Assembly (NCBI RefSeq): GCF_030028105.1
Contig: NC_092371.1
Span: 205,776,031 to 205,840,030 of the forward strand
DNA from: Mobula birostris
Taxonomy: Eukaryota
Reading direction: 5' to 3'
DNA: 64,000 nucleotides
Part shown: piece after piece, positions 1 through 11,645 of the stretch
Position numbering within the stretch: the first letter of the stretch is position 1
How the letters are laid out: each line of letters begins with the position of its first letter
The notes under the pieces: model-generated
The model's input: only the letters and a program-made list of their open reading frames with translations
Databases searched by the model: none
Told to the model about the DNA's origin: nothing
Position numbers and translations under genes: made by a program

Positions 1-960
1 AAGTGCAAGCAACATGGATTTGGAGAAGGAAAACAAAGAACCTTAAATTATGAGGTGAGCTATAAGAATTCACTGGCTATTTGTACTTTAGCATTTCTGT
101 GGGCTTAATTTAAATGCCTGAGTTTATAAAATGTAAGGGAAGCATCCTTAGTACAATGTATCTGCACCTTTACTCAGTTTTTTTTCCCCCATTTGGAAGT
201 ATTTGCTCTTACAATAATGCATCTATTAATGGATCATGATCGCACCATACTGACATACTGACACAAGAATATTTGCTTATGGAACAAGCAATAATAAAAA
301 AGAACCACTTTTCCTTCACTCTCAAGCCAGTTTACGCTGATGGGTAATCTCTTCATATTTAATCATTTAGAAAGAAACAAAAAAGTTGTAGTTATGCATA
401 AAAGTACAACTGGACATACACAAATATTTTTCGTTAACAGATTACTCTTGGGCTATTGTGCTTTAGCAGTCCAGACAGAGAAGCCAACTTATGTGTAGGT
501 ACAGATAGTTATGGGTTAAATGTTAGAAAATGGAATCAATCCAAATTGATATGTGTGGTTTCTGTGTGTATCCTTCTATGAGCAACTTCATACAATTACA
601 GTGAAATCTTTTGGTGACATCATTTGAATGATCGATATTGATTTGGGCATCAAGAGAATTCAGCTTCACTTCTTCAAAAAAGTGTTTATAGAATTATTTA
701 CGTCTGTTTAGATAGGCTGTCAAGCATTGGTTTAAAACATCAACCAAATATAGCATTGTTGAAGACCAATAATAGTATATTGGTGCACTACAGTAAATAT
801 TTACCTTTTCCCAAAAATTTGAAAGTATGACATATAATCAAAGCTGATAGGATAATACCATATCAAATGTCCTTGCACTAACTTATTTTTAACTTAGGTA
901 TTTGCTTAAATTATCATTAGCTTTCAAAAATTGCATTAATAAGTTTTTTAAAATCACATT

Positions 961-1545
961 AGATCATAAGATATAGGAGAAGAATTAGGCCAATTGGCTT
1001 AAGGAGTCATTCCATTATGGCTGATTCATTATCTCTCTTAACCCTATTCTCCTGCCTTGATGCCCTGTCTAATCAAGAATCTATCAACCTCCACTTTAAA
1101 TATACTCAATGACTTGGCATCCACAGCTGTCTGTGACAATGAATGAGGCAGACTAACCACCCTCTGGTTAAAGACATTCCTCCTCATCTCAGTTCTAAGT
1201 GTATATCCCTATATTTTGAGCCTGTGTTCTCTGATCCTAGACTCATCTACTACAGGAAACATCCTCTCCACATCCACTCTATCTGGACCTTTCAATTTTT
1301 GATAGGTTTAATTGGAGATCATTTTTCTAAACTCCATCAAGTATAGGCCCAAAGCCATCAAATGCTCCATGTATGTTAACCTTTTCATTCCCCGGAATCA
1401 TTCTTGTGAACCTTCTCTGGATCCTTTCCAATGCCAGCACATCTTTCCTTAGATAAGGAGCCCTGAAGTGCTTACAATCTTCCAAGTGCGGCCTGACCAA
1501 TGCCTTATAAACCATCAGCATTACATCCTTGCTTGTATATTCTTT
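961..1545 (-). mobile_element. CR1 LINE 3' fragment
   Basis: Minus-strand ORF 1327-1521 reads YKALVRPHLE..LRKDVLALERIQRRFTRMIPG (CR1 ORF2 C-terminal region); CR1-type 3' tail at about 961-975. Confidence 0.85.
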
Positions 1546-3987
1546 TGAAATTGATAGCTAAGAAAATGCATGAACTGTTTCTCTCAGAAATAACATACCT
1601 CATCCTTACCTTTATTTTATGTAATTATTAACGATTCTCCAAGTATGTACTGTATTTTTCAATACATTAAGGGATGCATCTCCCAAGGCAGTCAAAACTA
1701 AAACCACTTGCTCAGTGTAAACATGAGCATGTTTTCTAAAAGACAAAATGAACTGGAATCATAGCCAAGTTCTCTGTAAGCTCCCAAGGATCCGATGTAA
1801 GTTATGTTTCTATTTAAAAATAACACCTTAAAGATTGGCACTATTCAGTTTATAGCACTGAATTGCCCAGAACACAGTTTGACTACGATACACTGAAGGT
1901 TTTACAAAGCAAGGTAAATGTCCCATGGATATAGTACACCATGTTTTTCTTACACTAGTGCAGAGGTAGGGAGAATGTATGTTCTCTGTCTAACCTGAGA
2001 GTGCATAGTGTTGACACAGAAAATCCATAACTAAAGGTGCTATGCTCGGAATCAATGACATCTTTCATTGTAATAATTACAAAAAGTGACAAGATTATAT
2101 TTTTCCAGAAGCTATTTATGATAAGAGTCATTACTTAAATTTGCTGGGACAGACACATCATGTCGTCCATGCAAATCATTACACTAACATTTTTAAAAGT
2201 TAAAATAACCTATGGTACAATATAGACAATTGCTGAGTAATGGCAGAAGTTCAGGGGAGGTGACTATACACTGCTTAGGAATGAATAGGTTTCAATAATA
2301 GTCAGAGAAATAGTAACCTAGGGGGTTTATAAAATGTCAGAGAATAGTTGACAGGGGATTTTGTAACTAATAGTTCCACAATTATTAGCAGATACATACT
2401 GCACAATGAATATGGATATAAGACTTAGGAGTAGAAAAGGATACATAAAGTTTGAAAATTAACCTTATTGCCATTACATAAGTAAATTTAATATACAGTA
2501 AGCCTCAATAAAGGCTGTAATGCATTACAAGAGCTAACTCAATTTTTCCTTTTGAAAATGAGCAAGACTTACGTTCCTCCTCAGATATCCCAGTCATTTA
2601 TTTGAATTTGTTTCTTTTTATAACCAATTATCTGAAACATTTTGAACATACTCTCTTTTACTGCCTTTGTCAGACAACTGATGTACTTCTCTGGAAAGTA
2701 TAGCAGCAAGGTCACTTCATTACACAATTGTGCAGTCCTCTGTATTGTCAGGGTTACCAAGGTGCAATGTAGCGTCGATTTTACTCATGAGCACTCCAGG
2801 TCCATTTAATTCCTTCATTGTAGGAAGAGATAACATTTCCCAGATCTTCAGATTCAGCAAAACCAAATGTACTCATTCCAGGTTTGTTGAAATTTCCATG
2901 TTGTATTCACCTTCAGAAAGTTTGCCCCTTGTTCCTCTCAGGAAGGGTGGTCCCTCTGTAATGTGATCTACTGCTTACTTCAGTGAGCAAAGACTATTGT
3001 CAGAATCACAAAAGCAGCAATATAGAGTATATCAACAATGTATTTATCTCTACCAGTCTGTTCATCAAGGGCTCGAATGGTCTCTAAGAGAGACGTTTTA
3101 ATTGCCTTCATTAAGGACCTGACTACATTTCAAGACTGTAGAAACTGCAGATTCTGCAATACCACAAAGGGCCAGTTGTCTAACATACTCCCACTTTCAC
3201 TTCGGAGTCTCTGGATATGATCTCAGCTGCTCCCAGAGCCGCTAACTACCTGCTAGGCCACTCATAGGCCAATTCCCTACTCAGTTCTAGCCCCCACATG
3301 CATTTATTTATGATGCAGATTACACAAATTAAACCTGTCAAATCCTTGGACTGAACTAATGAACTGCGAATGCTGGAGTTTATAATCAAGGAAGAAATAG
3401 AAAAAAGCTTATTGAAATCAAACCAAGTCAACATGGTTTTATGCAAGAGAAAATGTTTGACAAATTTGCTACGGTTCTTTAAAGACATAACCATATCGAT
3501 AGGGGAGAATCTGTAGATGTGCATTTGGATTTCCGAAACAATTTAATAACGTGTCTCATAGGAAGTTAAACCTGCGGTTTTGAGGAAAATGTGTTAACAG
3601 GGATTGAAGACTGATTGTCACAAACAAATAATATAGAAAGTCGAAACAAATGCCTCTTTTTCAAAGACATAAAAAGTGGACTGCCCCATGAATCAATCCT
3701 TAACTCTGAATGATTGACAATCTATGTCAATATTGTGGAGAAAGAAGCCGAGGGTAAGGTGATCCAAGTATGATGATGAAAATAGGTTAGAGGGCACATT
3801 GCAATGAAAAGAACTGGACGTTGCAGCAACAGAGATCAGCTGAGTGAACGGGTAAGAATCCATTAAATCGTTTATATTTATAGGAAAATCAAATGACAGA
3901 GAGATGATATATCAGTTCAGCTGATTAGGACTGAGGTGTTCTTGCGCAGGAACCACAAAAGATTACCATGCGGGGAGGGAATATTCA

Positions 3988-6900
3988 AGAACATAGAACA
4001 TAGAATAGTACAGCACAGTACAAGCTCTTTGGCCCACATTGTTGTGCCAACCCTCAAACCCTGCCTCCCATATAAACCCCCACCTTAAATTCCTCCATAT
4101 ATCTGTCTAGTAGACTCTTAAATTTCACCCGCGTATCTGCCTCCACCATTGACTCAGGCAGTGCATTCCATGCACCAACCACTCTCTGAGTAAAAAACCT
4201 TCCTCTAATATCCCCCTTGAACTTCCCATCCCTTACCTTAAAGCTATATCCTCTTGTATTGAGCAGTGCTGCCCTGGGGAAGAGGCGCTGGCTATCCACT
4301 CTATCTATTCCTCTTAATATCTTGTATACCTCTATCATGTCTCCTCTCATCCTCATTCTCTACAAAGAGTAAAGCCCTAGCTCCCTTAATCTCTGATCAT
4401 AATCCATACTCTCTAAACCAGGCAGCATCCTGGTAAATCTCCTCTGTACCCTTTCCAATGCTTCCACATCCTTCCTATAGTGAGGCCACCAGAACTGGAC
4501 ACAGTACTCCAAGTGTGGCCTAACCAGAGTTTTATAGAGCTGCATCATTACCTCACGACTCTTAAACTCTATCCCTTGACTTATGAAAGCTAACACCCCA
4601 TAAGCTTTCTTAACTACCCTATCTACCTGTGAGGCAACTTTCCGGGATCTGTGGTCATGTACCCCCAGATCCCTCTGCTCCTCCAGACTATCAAGTATCC
4701 TGCCATTTACTTTGTACTCTGTCTTGGAGTTTGTCCTTCCAATGTGCGATGAACCAGATTTGATCAGGGACCTTGAGGTAAAGGAGCCATTAGGAGGTAG
4801 TGACCATAATATGATAAGTTTTAATCTACAATTTGAGAAGGAGAAGGGAAACTCGGAAGTTTCAGTATTACAGTTGAACAAAGGGAAGTATGGTGCTATG
4901 AGTGAGGAGCTGGCCACAGTTCAATGGAACAATACCCTAGCAGGGATGACAGTGGAACAGCAATGGCAAGTATTTCTGGGAATAATGCAGAAGGTGCAGG
5001 ATCAGTTCATTCCAAAGAGGAAGAAAGATCTTAAGGGGAGTAAGGGGAGGACGTGGCTGACAAGGGAAGTAATGGACAGTATAAAAATAAAAGAGAAGAA
5101 GAAGAACATAGCAAAGACGAGTGGGAAGCAGAAAGATTGGGAAACTTTTAAAGAGCAACAGGAGGTAACTAAAAAGGCAATATGCAGAGGAAAAATGAGG
5201 TATGAAGATAAACTAGCCAAGAATATAAAGGAGGATAGTAAAAGCTTCTTTAGGTACGTGAAAAGGAAAAAAATAGTTAAGACCAAAATTGGGCCCTTGA
5301 AGACAGAAATGGGTGAATTTATTATGGGGAACAAGGAAATGGCAGACAAGTTGAACAGGTACTTTGGATCTGTCTTCACTAGGGAAGACACGAACATCTG
5401 CCAGATATAATAGTGGCCAAAGGACCTAGGTTAATGGATGAATTGAAGGAAATTTATATTAGGCAGGAAATGGTGTTGGATAGACTGTTGGGTCTGAAGG
5501 CTGATAAGTCCCCGGGACCTGATGGTCTGCATCCCAGGGTACTTAAGGAGGTGGCTTTAGAAATCGTGGATGCATTGGTAATCATTTTCCAATGTTCTAT
5601 AGATTCAGGATCAATTCCTGTGGATTGGAGGGTGGCTAATGTTGTCCCTCTCTTCAAGAAGGGAGGAAGAGAGAAAACAGAATTATAGACTGGTTAGTCC
5701 GACGTCGTTGGTAGGAAAGATGCCGGAGTCAATTATAAGAGATGAAATTACGACACATCTGGATAGCAGTAACAGGATCGGTCCGAGTCAGCATGGATTT
5801 ATGAAGGGGAAATCGTGCTTGACTAATCTTCTGGAATTTTTTGAGGATGTAACTATTAAAATGGACAAGGGAGAGCCAGTGGATGTAGTGTACCTGGACT
5901 TTCAGAAAGCCTTTGATAAAGTCCCATATAGGAGATTAGTGGGCAAAATTAGGGCACATGGTATTGGAGGCAGAGTACTGACATGGATTGAAAATTGGCT
6001 GGCTGACAGAAAACAAAGAGTAGCAATTAACAAGTCCCTTTCGGAATGGCAGGCTGTGACCAGTGGGGTACCGCAGGGTTCAGTGCTGGGACCGCAGCTG
6101 ATTACAATATATATTAATGATTTAGATGAGGGAATTAAAAGTAACATTAGCAAATTTGCTGATGACACAAAGCTAGATGGCAGTGTGAAATGTTAGGAGG
6201 GCGTTATGAGAATGCAGGGTGACTTGGACAGGCTGGATGAGTGGGCAGATGCAGTTTAATGTGGATAAATGTGAGGTTATCCACTTTGGTGGTAAGAACA
6301 GGAAGGCAGATTATTATCTAAATGGAGTCAAGTTAGGAAAAGGGGAAGTAAAACGAGATCTAGGTGTTCTTGTACATCAGTCACTGAAAGCAAGCATGCA
6401 AGTACAGCAGGCAGTGAAGAAAGCTAATGGCATGCTGGCCTTCATAACAAGGGGAGTTGAGCATAAGAGCAAAGAGGTCCTTCTGCAGCTGTACAGGACC
6501 CTGGTGAGACCACACCTGGAGTACTGTGTGCAGTTTTGGTCTCCAAATTTGAGGAAGGACATTCTTGCTATTGAGGGAGTGCAGCGTAGGTTCACAAGGT
6601 TAATTCCCGGGATGGCGGGACTGTCATATGTTGAAAGATTGGAGCGACTGGGCTTGTATACTCTGGAATTTAGAAGGCTGAGAGAGGATCTTATTGAAAC
6701 ATATAAGATTATTAAGGGATTGGACAAACTGGAGGCAGGAAGCATGTTCCCACTGATGGGTGAGTCCAGAACCAGAGGCCACAGTTTAAGAATAAGAGGT
6801 AGGCCATTTAGAACGGAGTTGAGGAAAAACTTTTTCACCCAGAGAGTGGTGGATATATGGAATGCTCTGTCCCAGAAGGCTGTGGAGGCCAAGTCTCTGG

Positions 6901-7935
6901 ATGCTTTCAAGAAAGAGATGGATAGAGCTCTTAAAGATAGCGGAATCAAGGGTTATGGAGATAAGGCAGGAACTGGATACTGATTGTGGATGATCATCCA
7001 TGATCACAGTGAATGGTGGTGCTGGCTCAAAGGGCCGAATGGCCTACTCCTGCACCTATTGTCTATTGTCTATTGTCAAAGTGTACCACCTCACAGTTAT
7101 CCGGGTTGAACTCCATCTGCCACTTCTCAGCCCAGTTCTGCATCCTATCAATGTCTCTCTGCAATCTTCGACAATCCTCTACACTATCTACAACACCATC
7201 AACATTTGTGTCGTCTGCAAACTTGCCAAACCACCCTTCTACTCCCACATCCAGGTCATTAATAAAAATTACGAAAAGTAGAGGTCCCAGAACAGATCCT
7301 TGTGGGACACCACCAGTCACAACTCTCCAATCCGAATGCCCACGACCCTCTGCCTTCTGCAGGCAACCCAATTCTGAATCCACCTGGCCAAACTTCCCTG
7401 GATCCCATGCCTTCTGATTTTCTGAATAAGCCTACTGTGTGGAACCTTGTCAAATGCCTTACTAGAATCCATATAGATCACATCCATTGCACTACCCTCA
7501 TCTATATGCCTGGTCACCTCCTCAAAGAACTCTATCAGGCTTGTCAGACACGATCTGCCTTTCACAAAGCCATGCTGACTGTCCCTGATCAGACCATGAT
7601 TCTCTAAATGTCCACAGATCCTATCTCTAAGAATCTTTTCCAACAGCTTTCCCACCACAGACATAAGGCTCACTGGTCTATAATTACCCGGACTATCCCT
7701 ACTACCTTTTTTGAACAAGAGGACAATATTCGCCTCCCTCCAATCCTCCGGTATCATTCCCGTAGACAATAAAGACATAAAGATCCTAGCCAGAGGCTCA
7801 GCAATCTCTTCCCCCACCTCGTGGAGCAGCCTGGGGAATATTCCGTCAGACCCTGGGGACTTATCCGTCCTAATGCATTTTAATAACTCCAACACCTCCT
7901 CTGCCTTAATATCAACTTTAGTCATATTGTCCTCA
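3988..7935 (-). mobile_element. CR1 LINE, 5'-truncated, interrupted by another CR1 (pieces 3988-4742 and 7077-7935)
   Basis: ORFs 7317-7925, 7063-7383, 4360-4917 and 4054-4356 give RT motifs ([24 protein letters not shown]); (TTCTATG)n tail at 3988-4005; the sequence rejoins as gtccttccaa/agtgtaccacc. Confidence 0.92.
4743..7076 (+). mobile_element. Young CR1 LINE (endonuclease end, RT and 3' end), 5'-truncated
   Basis: ORFs 4712-5410 (SDHN), 5413-5688, 5639-6196 ([26 protein letters not shown]) and 6219-6983 with few disruptions; (CTATTGT)n tail ending at 7076; short CAA duplication at the junctions. Confidence 0.95.
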
Positions 7936-8477
7936 TCGTAAATGAAATATTGGCATTTATAACAAGAAGGTTGGATTTTAAAAATGGAGAAGTATTATTA
8001 CCACCGGCCAGAACAGTGGTGAGGCCACATGTGGATTACTAGATATAGCCTTGGTCTCCTTTTCAAAGGAAGGATGTACTGTCTGCATTGCCAGCATTTC
8101 AGAGAATTCTGTTATACACTGTCTGGTTTTGCTATTAAATATATAACTGGTAAAAAGAAACAGTGCTGTTTAATACAATTCGCTTCACCCCCAGGTCATT
8201 TTATTGTAGGTAAATATTCATCAATAGCCTAAACTTAGATTAGGAAACACTTCATGATGTTAATATTGCTGATGTGTATGTAGTTGCTGTATGGTAATTA
8301 TCCATATCTATGAACAAACAAAGCCTGTTTATGAAGTTTGGCTCCTTTGAAGTCAAAAGAAGCATATTTAAAAAATAAACCCCTTGCAGTTTGAGCCTTG
8401 GGTGCTGAGGATAGTTAAATTAACAAGAACGTAAGGCACATAATTCTTCATAACTTCCCAGTACATAATTCAATGTA

Positions 8478-9437
8478 ATTTCTGCCATCTCCTATAGGAC
8501 CCTACCACAAAGCATGTCTTTCCCTTTCCCCCTCCCACTCTCAGCTTTCCACAGGGATTGCTACTTACGTGACTCGCTTGTCCACTCATCCCTCACTACT
8601 GATCTTCCCTTGCAAGTGGAGCAAGTGCCACACCTGACCCTACACCTCCTCCCTCGCTACCATTCAGGGCCCCAAAGAGTCCTTCCAGATGAAGCAACAC
8701 TTCACCTGCCAGTCTATTGGGGTCATCTACTGTATCAATGCTCTGGGTGTAGACTCCTGTCTATCAGTGACACCCAATGTATATTGGGAAACCACTTCGC
8801 CAAGCACCTACGCTCCATCCGCCAGAAAAAGCAGGATCTCCCGGTGGCCACCATTTCAACTTTACTTCCCATTCACATTCCAACCTGTAAGTACATGGCC
8901 TCCTCTATTGTCACGATGAAGCCACACTCAGGTTGGAGGAGCAACACCGTATATTCCATCTGGGTAGCTTTCAACCTGATGGCATGAACATTGATTTCTC
9001 GAACTTCTGGTAACTGCTCCCCATTTTACCATTCCGTGTTCCTGCTTCTCTCTCACACCTTATCTCCTTACCTGCCCATCACCTCCCTCTGGTGCTCCTC
9101 CCACTTCCCTTTCTTCCATGGTCTTCTATCGTCTGCTATCAGATTCCCCCCTTCTCCAGCCCTTTACCTCTTTCACCAATCAACTTCCCAGCTCTTTACT
9201 TCACCCCTCCCCCTCTCCCAGTTTCACCTATCACCTACCACCCTGAACTTCTTCCTCCCCTCCCCCCACCTTCTTATCTTGACTTCTCCTCTTTCTTTTC
9301 ACTGCTGATGAAGCGACTCGGCCTGAAACGTCGACTGTTTACTCTTTTCCATAGATGTTGCTTGGCCTGTTGAGTTCCTCCAGCGTTTTGTGTGTATTGC
9401 TTTGACTTCCAGCATCTGCAGATTTTATTTTGCTTGT
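8478..9437 (+). mobile_element. Penelope-like element 3' part (GIY-YIG endonuclease plus pseudo-LTR)
   Basis: Frameshifted GPKESFQMKQHFTCQSIGVIYC..ET..LGNHFAKHLRSIRQ..LPVA, followed by a pyrimidine-rich UTR and terminal repeat; same family as 28786-29560. Confidence 0.85.
9300..9337 (+). ncRNA. Minimal type I hammerhead ribozyme motif in the Penelope terminal repeat (partly decayed)
   Basis: cactg-CTGATGA(9305-9311)-agcgactcggcct-GAAA(9325-9328)-c-GTC-gactg. Core boxes and GUC triplet are intact; stems I and II carry mismatches. Confidence 0.7.
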
Positions 9438-10314
9438 CTATAGATAACTAAGAGCACTATTCACTTGGTGTTGGACCACCTCATCTTTTACTTACCCAAC
9501 TATTTCTTTTAAGTGTTGTGCCGAAGTTGGTAGAGGCAGAGTACACTTTTAGTAAAGAAGGTTGTAGATGACTGTGAACAATTATGTTAACTCAAGGCTC
9601 AGATGTCCCAGTTTAGGGTTGCAACAAATCATAATGAGCAGCAGCAACATGACAAACAGGCAACAATGTCAGATTGGCAGCTGCAGGATCCCAGTCTTGA
9701 CAGAGGACAAGAGACTTACACTCTGCTGAGAAAGAATCATTTCCAGAGGGAAGGAATCTATTAGAGGACAGAACTCTACAGTGTCATGAGATTTTTAAAG
9801 CATCTTTGTGCAACAGTATGCAGAGCTAATTTGGATGGCAGAAGCTTCCAATGCAGGACTTGCATGTTGGGTGGTGTCCATATATACTACAATAGAATTT
9901 GAGACTTCAGCCATCAAATATTCTACCCTGGTTCAATCTGTATGTGTTGATAGGGAACTGGCCACCATATCCATAGTAGAAAGGACAGGATCCAGACTCA
10001 ATGCAAAATCTTGTTCAAGGTTTTATTTGCGGTTTCATTATTTCTGGACATCCTTGCAGGTTTTCCAGCATGTTCAACAATGACCCATGCATCTCCATGT
10101 GCAGAAACCATTACATTCTTCATTTGAATTCTTCAGAGCATTACTAATGTGCAACTTTGCCATCTGGGAAGCTGAAATCCTCTCTCCTTGCTGTAAGCCT
10201 GGCAACTCACCTCAGAACCATGTTCTAGTGTTTGCAAGATGTCAGGATCTCATTTGTTGGATACAATTGTCACCCTGAGCTAATTAGTTCATCAGCTGGG
10301 GCTAAGTCAAGTGC

Positions 10315-11645
10315 TTGAAGTTTAAAGTACATTCATTATTGAAGTACGTATATATTACCATGTATTACCTTGGGATTCATTTTATTGCAGGCTTTTTCAG
10401 AATTTATATTATATTTTAATTTTATTTGTGATACAGTGTGGAGTAGGGTCCTCCAACCTGTTGAGTCACACTGTTCCCAGCTACCCCCGACCCTGATTAA
10501 CCCTAACCTAATCACTAGACAATTTACAATGACCAATTAACCTTTGGACTGTGGGAGGAAATCAGAGCACCCGGGGGAAACCCAGGCATTCCACAGGAAG
10601 GCTGTACAGATGTCCTTTCAGTACAGTGCCAGAATTGAACTCTGAACTCTGGAACAGCCCGAGCTGTAATTATGGCTGTGTTAACTGCTACACTACTACC
10701 CTGGTGCCCAGACTGACACCAATTTATGAAAAGCAACACACAAATAGACCAAGAATGATGAACAACCAAAAGACAAACCATGCAAATAAAAAGAATAATA
10801 CTGAGAACATGGATTGTAAAGAGTCCTTGAAAGTGAGCCTCTGGGTCATCAAATTTGTTCAGAATAGTGGTGATTAAAGTTATCCACACCAGTTCAGGGA
10901 CCTGCTGGTTGTAGGGCAGTAAATTCCTGAACCTGGTCACGTGGGATCTAAGGTTTCTGTACCTCCGGCCTGAAGGCAGACGTGAAAGAAGGACATCACC
11001 TGAATGATGTGTGTCTTTGTTGATACTTTCTTGTGGCAGCGCTCCCTGTAAGTGTATTCGGTGTTGAGGAGGGCCTAGCCTGTGATGCACTGCGCTGTGT
11101 CCACCTCTATCTGTAACCTCTTCCATTCCTGGGCATTAGTATTTCCATACCAAATTGTAATGTTATTTCCATTATGGAAATGCATTAGTATAAACTTCTC
11201 CACTCTGTTAGAGTATTCTCCACTGTATATTCATAGAATTTTGTAAAAGCTTTTGATAACATAACAAATCTATGAAGTTTAAAAACTTCTAAGATAGTAG
11301 TGGCATTGTTGTGCTTTCCTTGTGACCTTGTGCTGGTCCCTGGGCAGATCCACTGACATGTTAATGGCAAGAAATTAAAAATTACTGACCCTCTCCACCT
11401 CTGTTCCCCCAATGCATCTCTGGCTTCTTCCTCCTCTAGTCAATAATCAGCTCTTTGGTTCTGCTGACATTAAGTGAGAGGTTGTAGTTATGGCACCACT
11501 CAATTAGATTTCCAATTACCCACCTATATGCCAATTTGTCACCAACTTTGATTTGGCCGTCAACAGTGGTGTCATCAATTAACTTAAATATGACATTGGA
11601 GCTATACTTAGTCACAGAATCATAAGTATAAAGTGGGATTTCCTG
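10315..11645 (-). mobile_element. Rex1/Babar-type LINE fragment, interrupted by a SINE
   Basis: ORF 11436-11675 (LYTYDSVTKYSSNVIFKLIDDTTVDG..WCHNYNLSLNVSRTKELIID) and LPSGRRYRNL in ORF 10524-11126. Confidence 0.8.
10420..10705 (-). mobile_element. V-SINE (HE1-like, tRNA-derived)
   Basis: Reverse strand contains the V-domain core gggtttcccccgggtgctctgatttcctcccacagtccaaag. Confidence 0.75.

Larger units (their letters stand above)
3380..8085 (+). mobile_element. Old degenerate CR1 LINE, split in two (about 3380-3987 and 7937-8085) by later insertions
   Basis: Decayed RT-region sequence (SQHGF..KCLTNL, LDF..) before 3987 resumes at 7937 with aatgaaatattggcatttat..gtgaggccacatgtgga (LVRPHLE region). 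Confidence 0.7.

Noticed and set aside
5002-6949. Long antisense ORFs, for example 5002-5397 and 6377-6949
   Set aside because: Shadow frames of CR1 ORF2; the same applies to most ORFs in the track.
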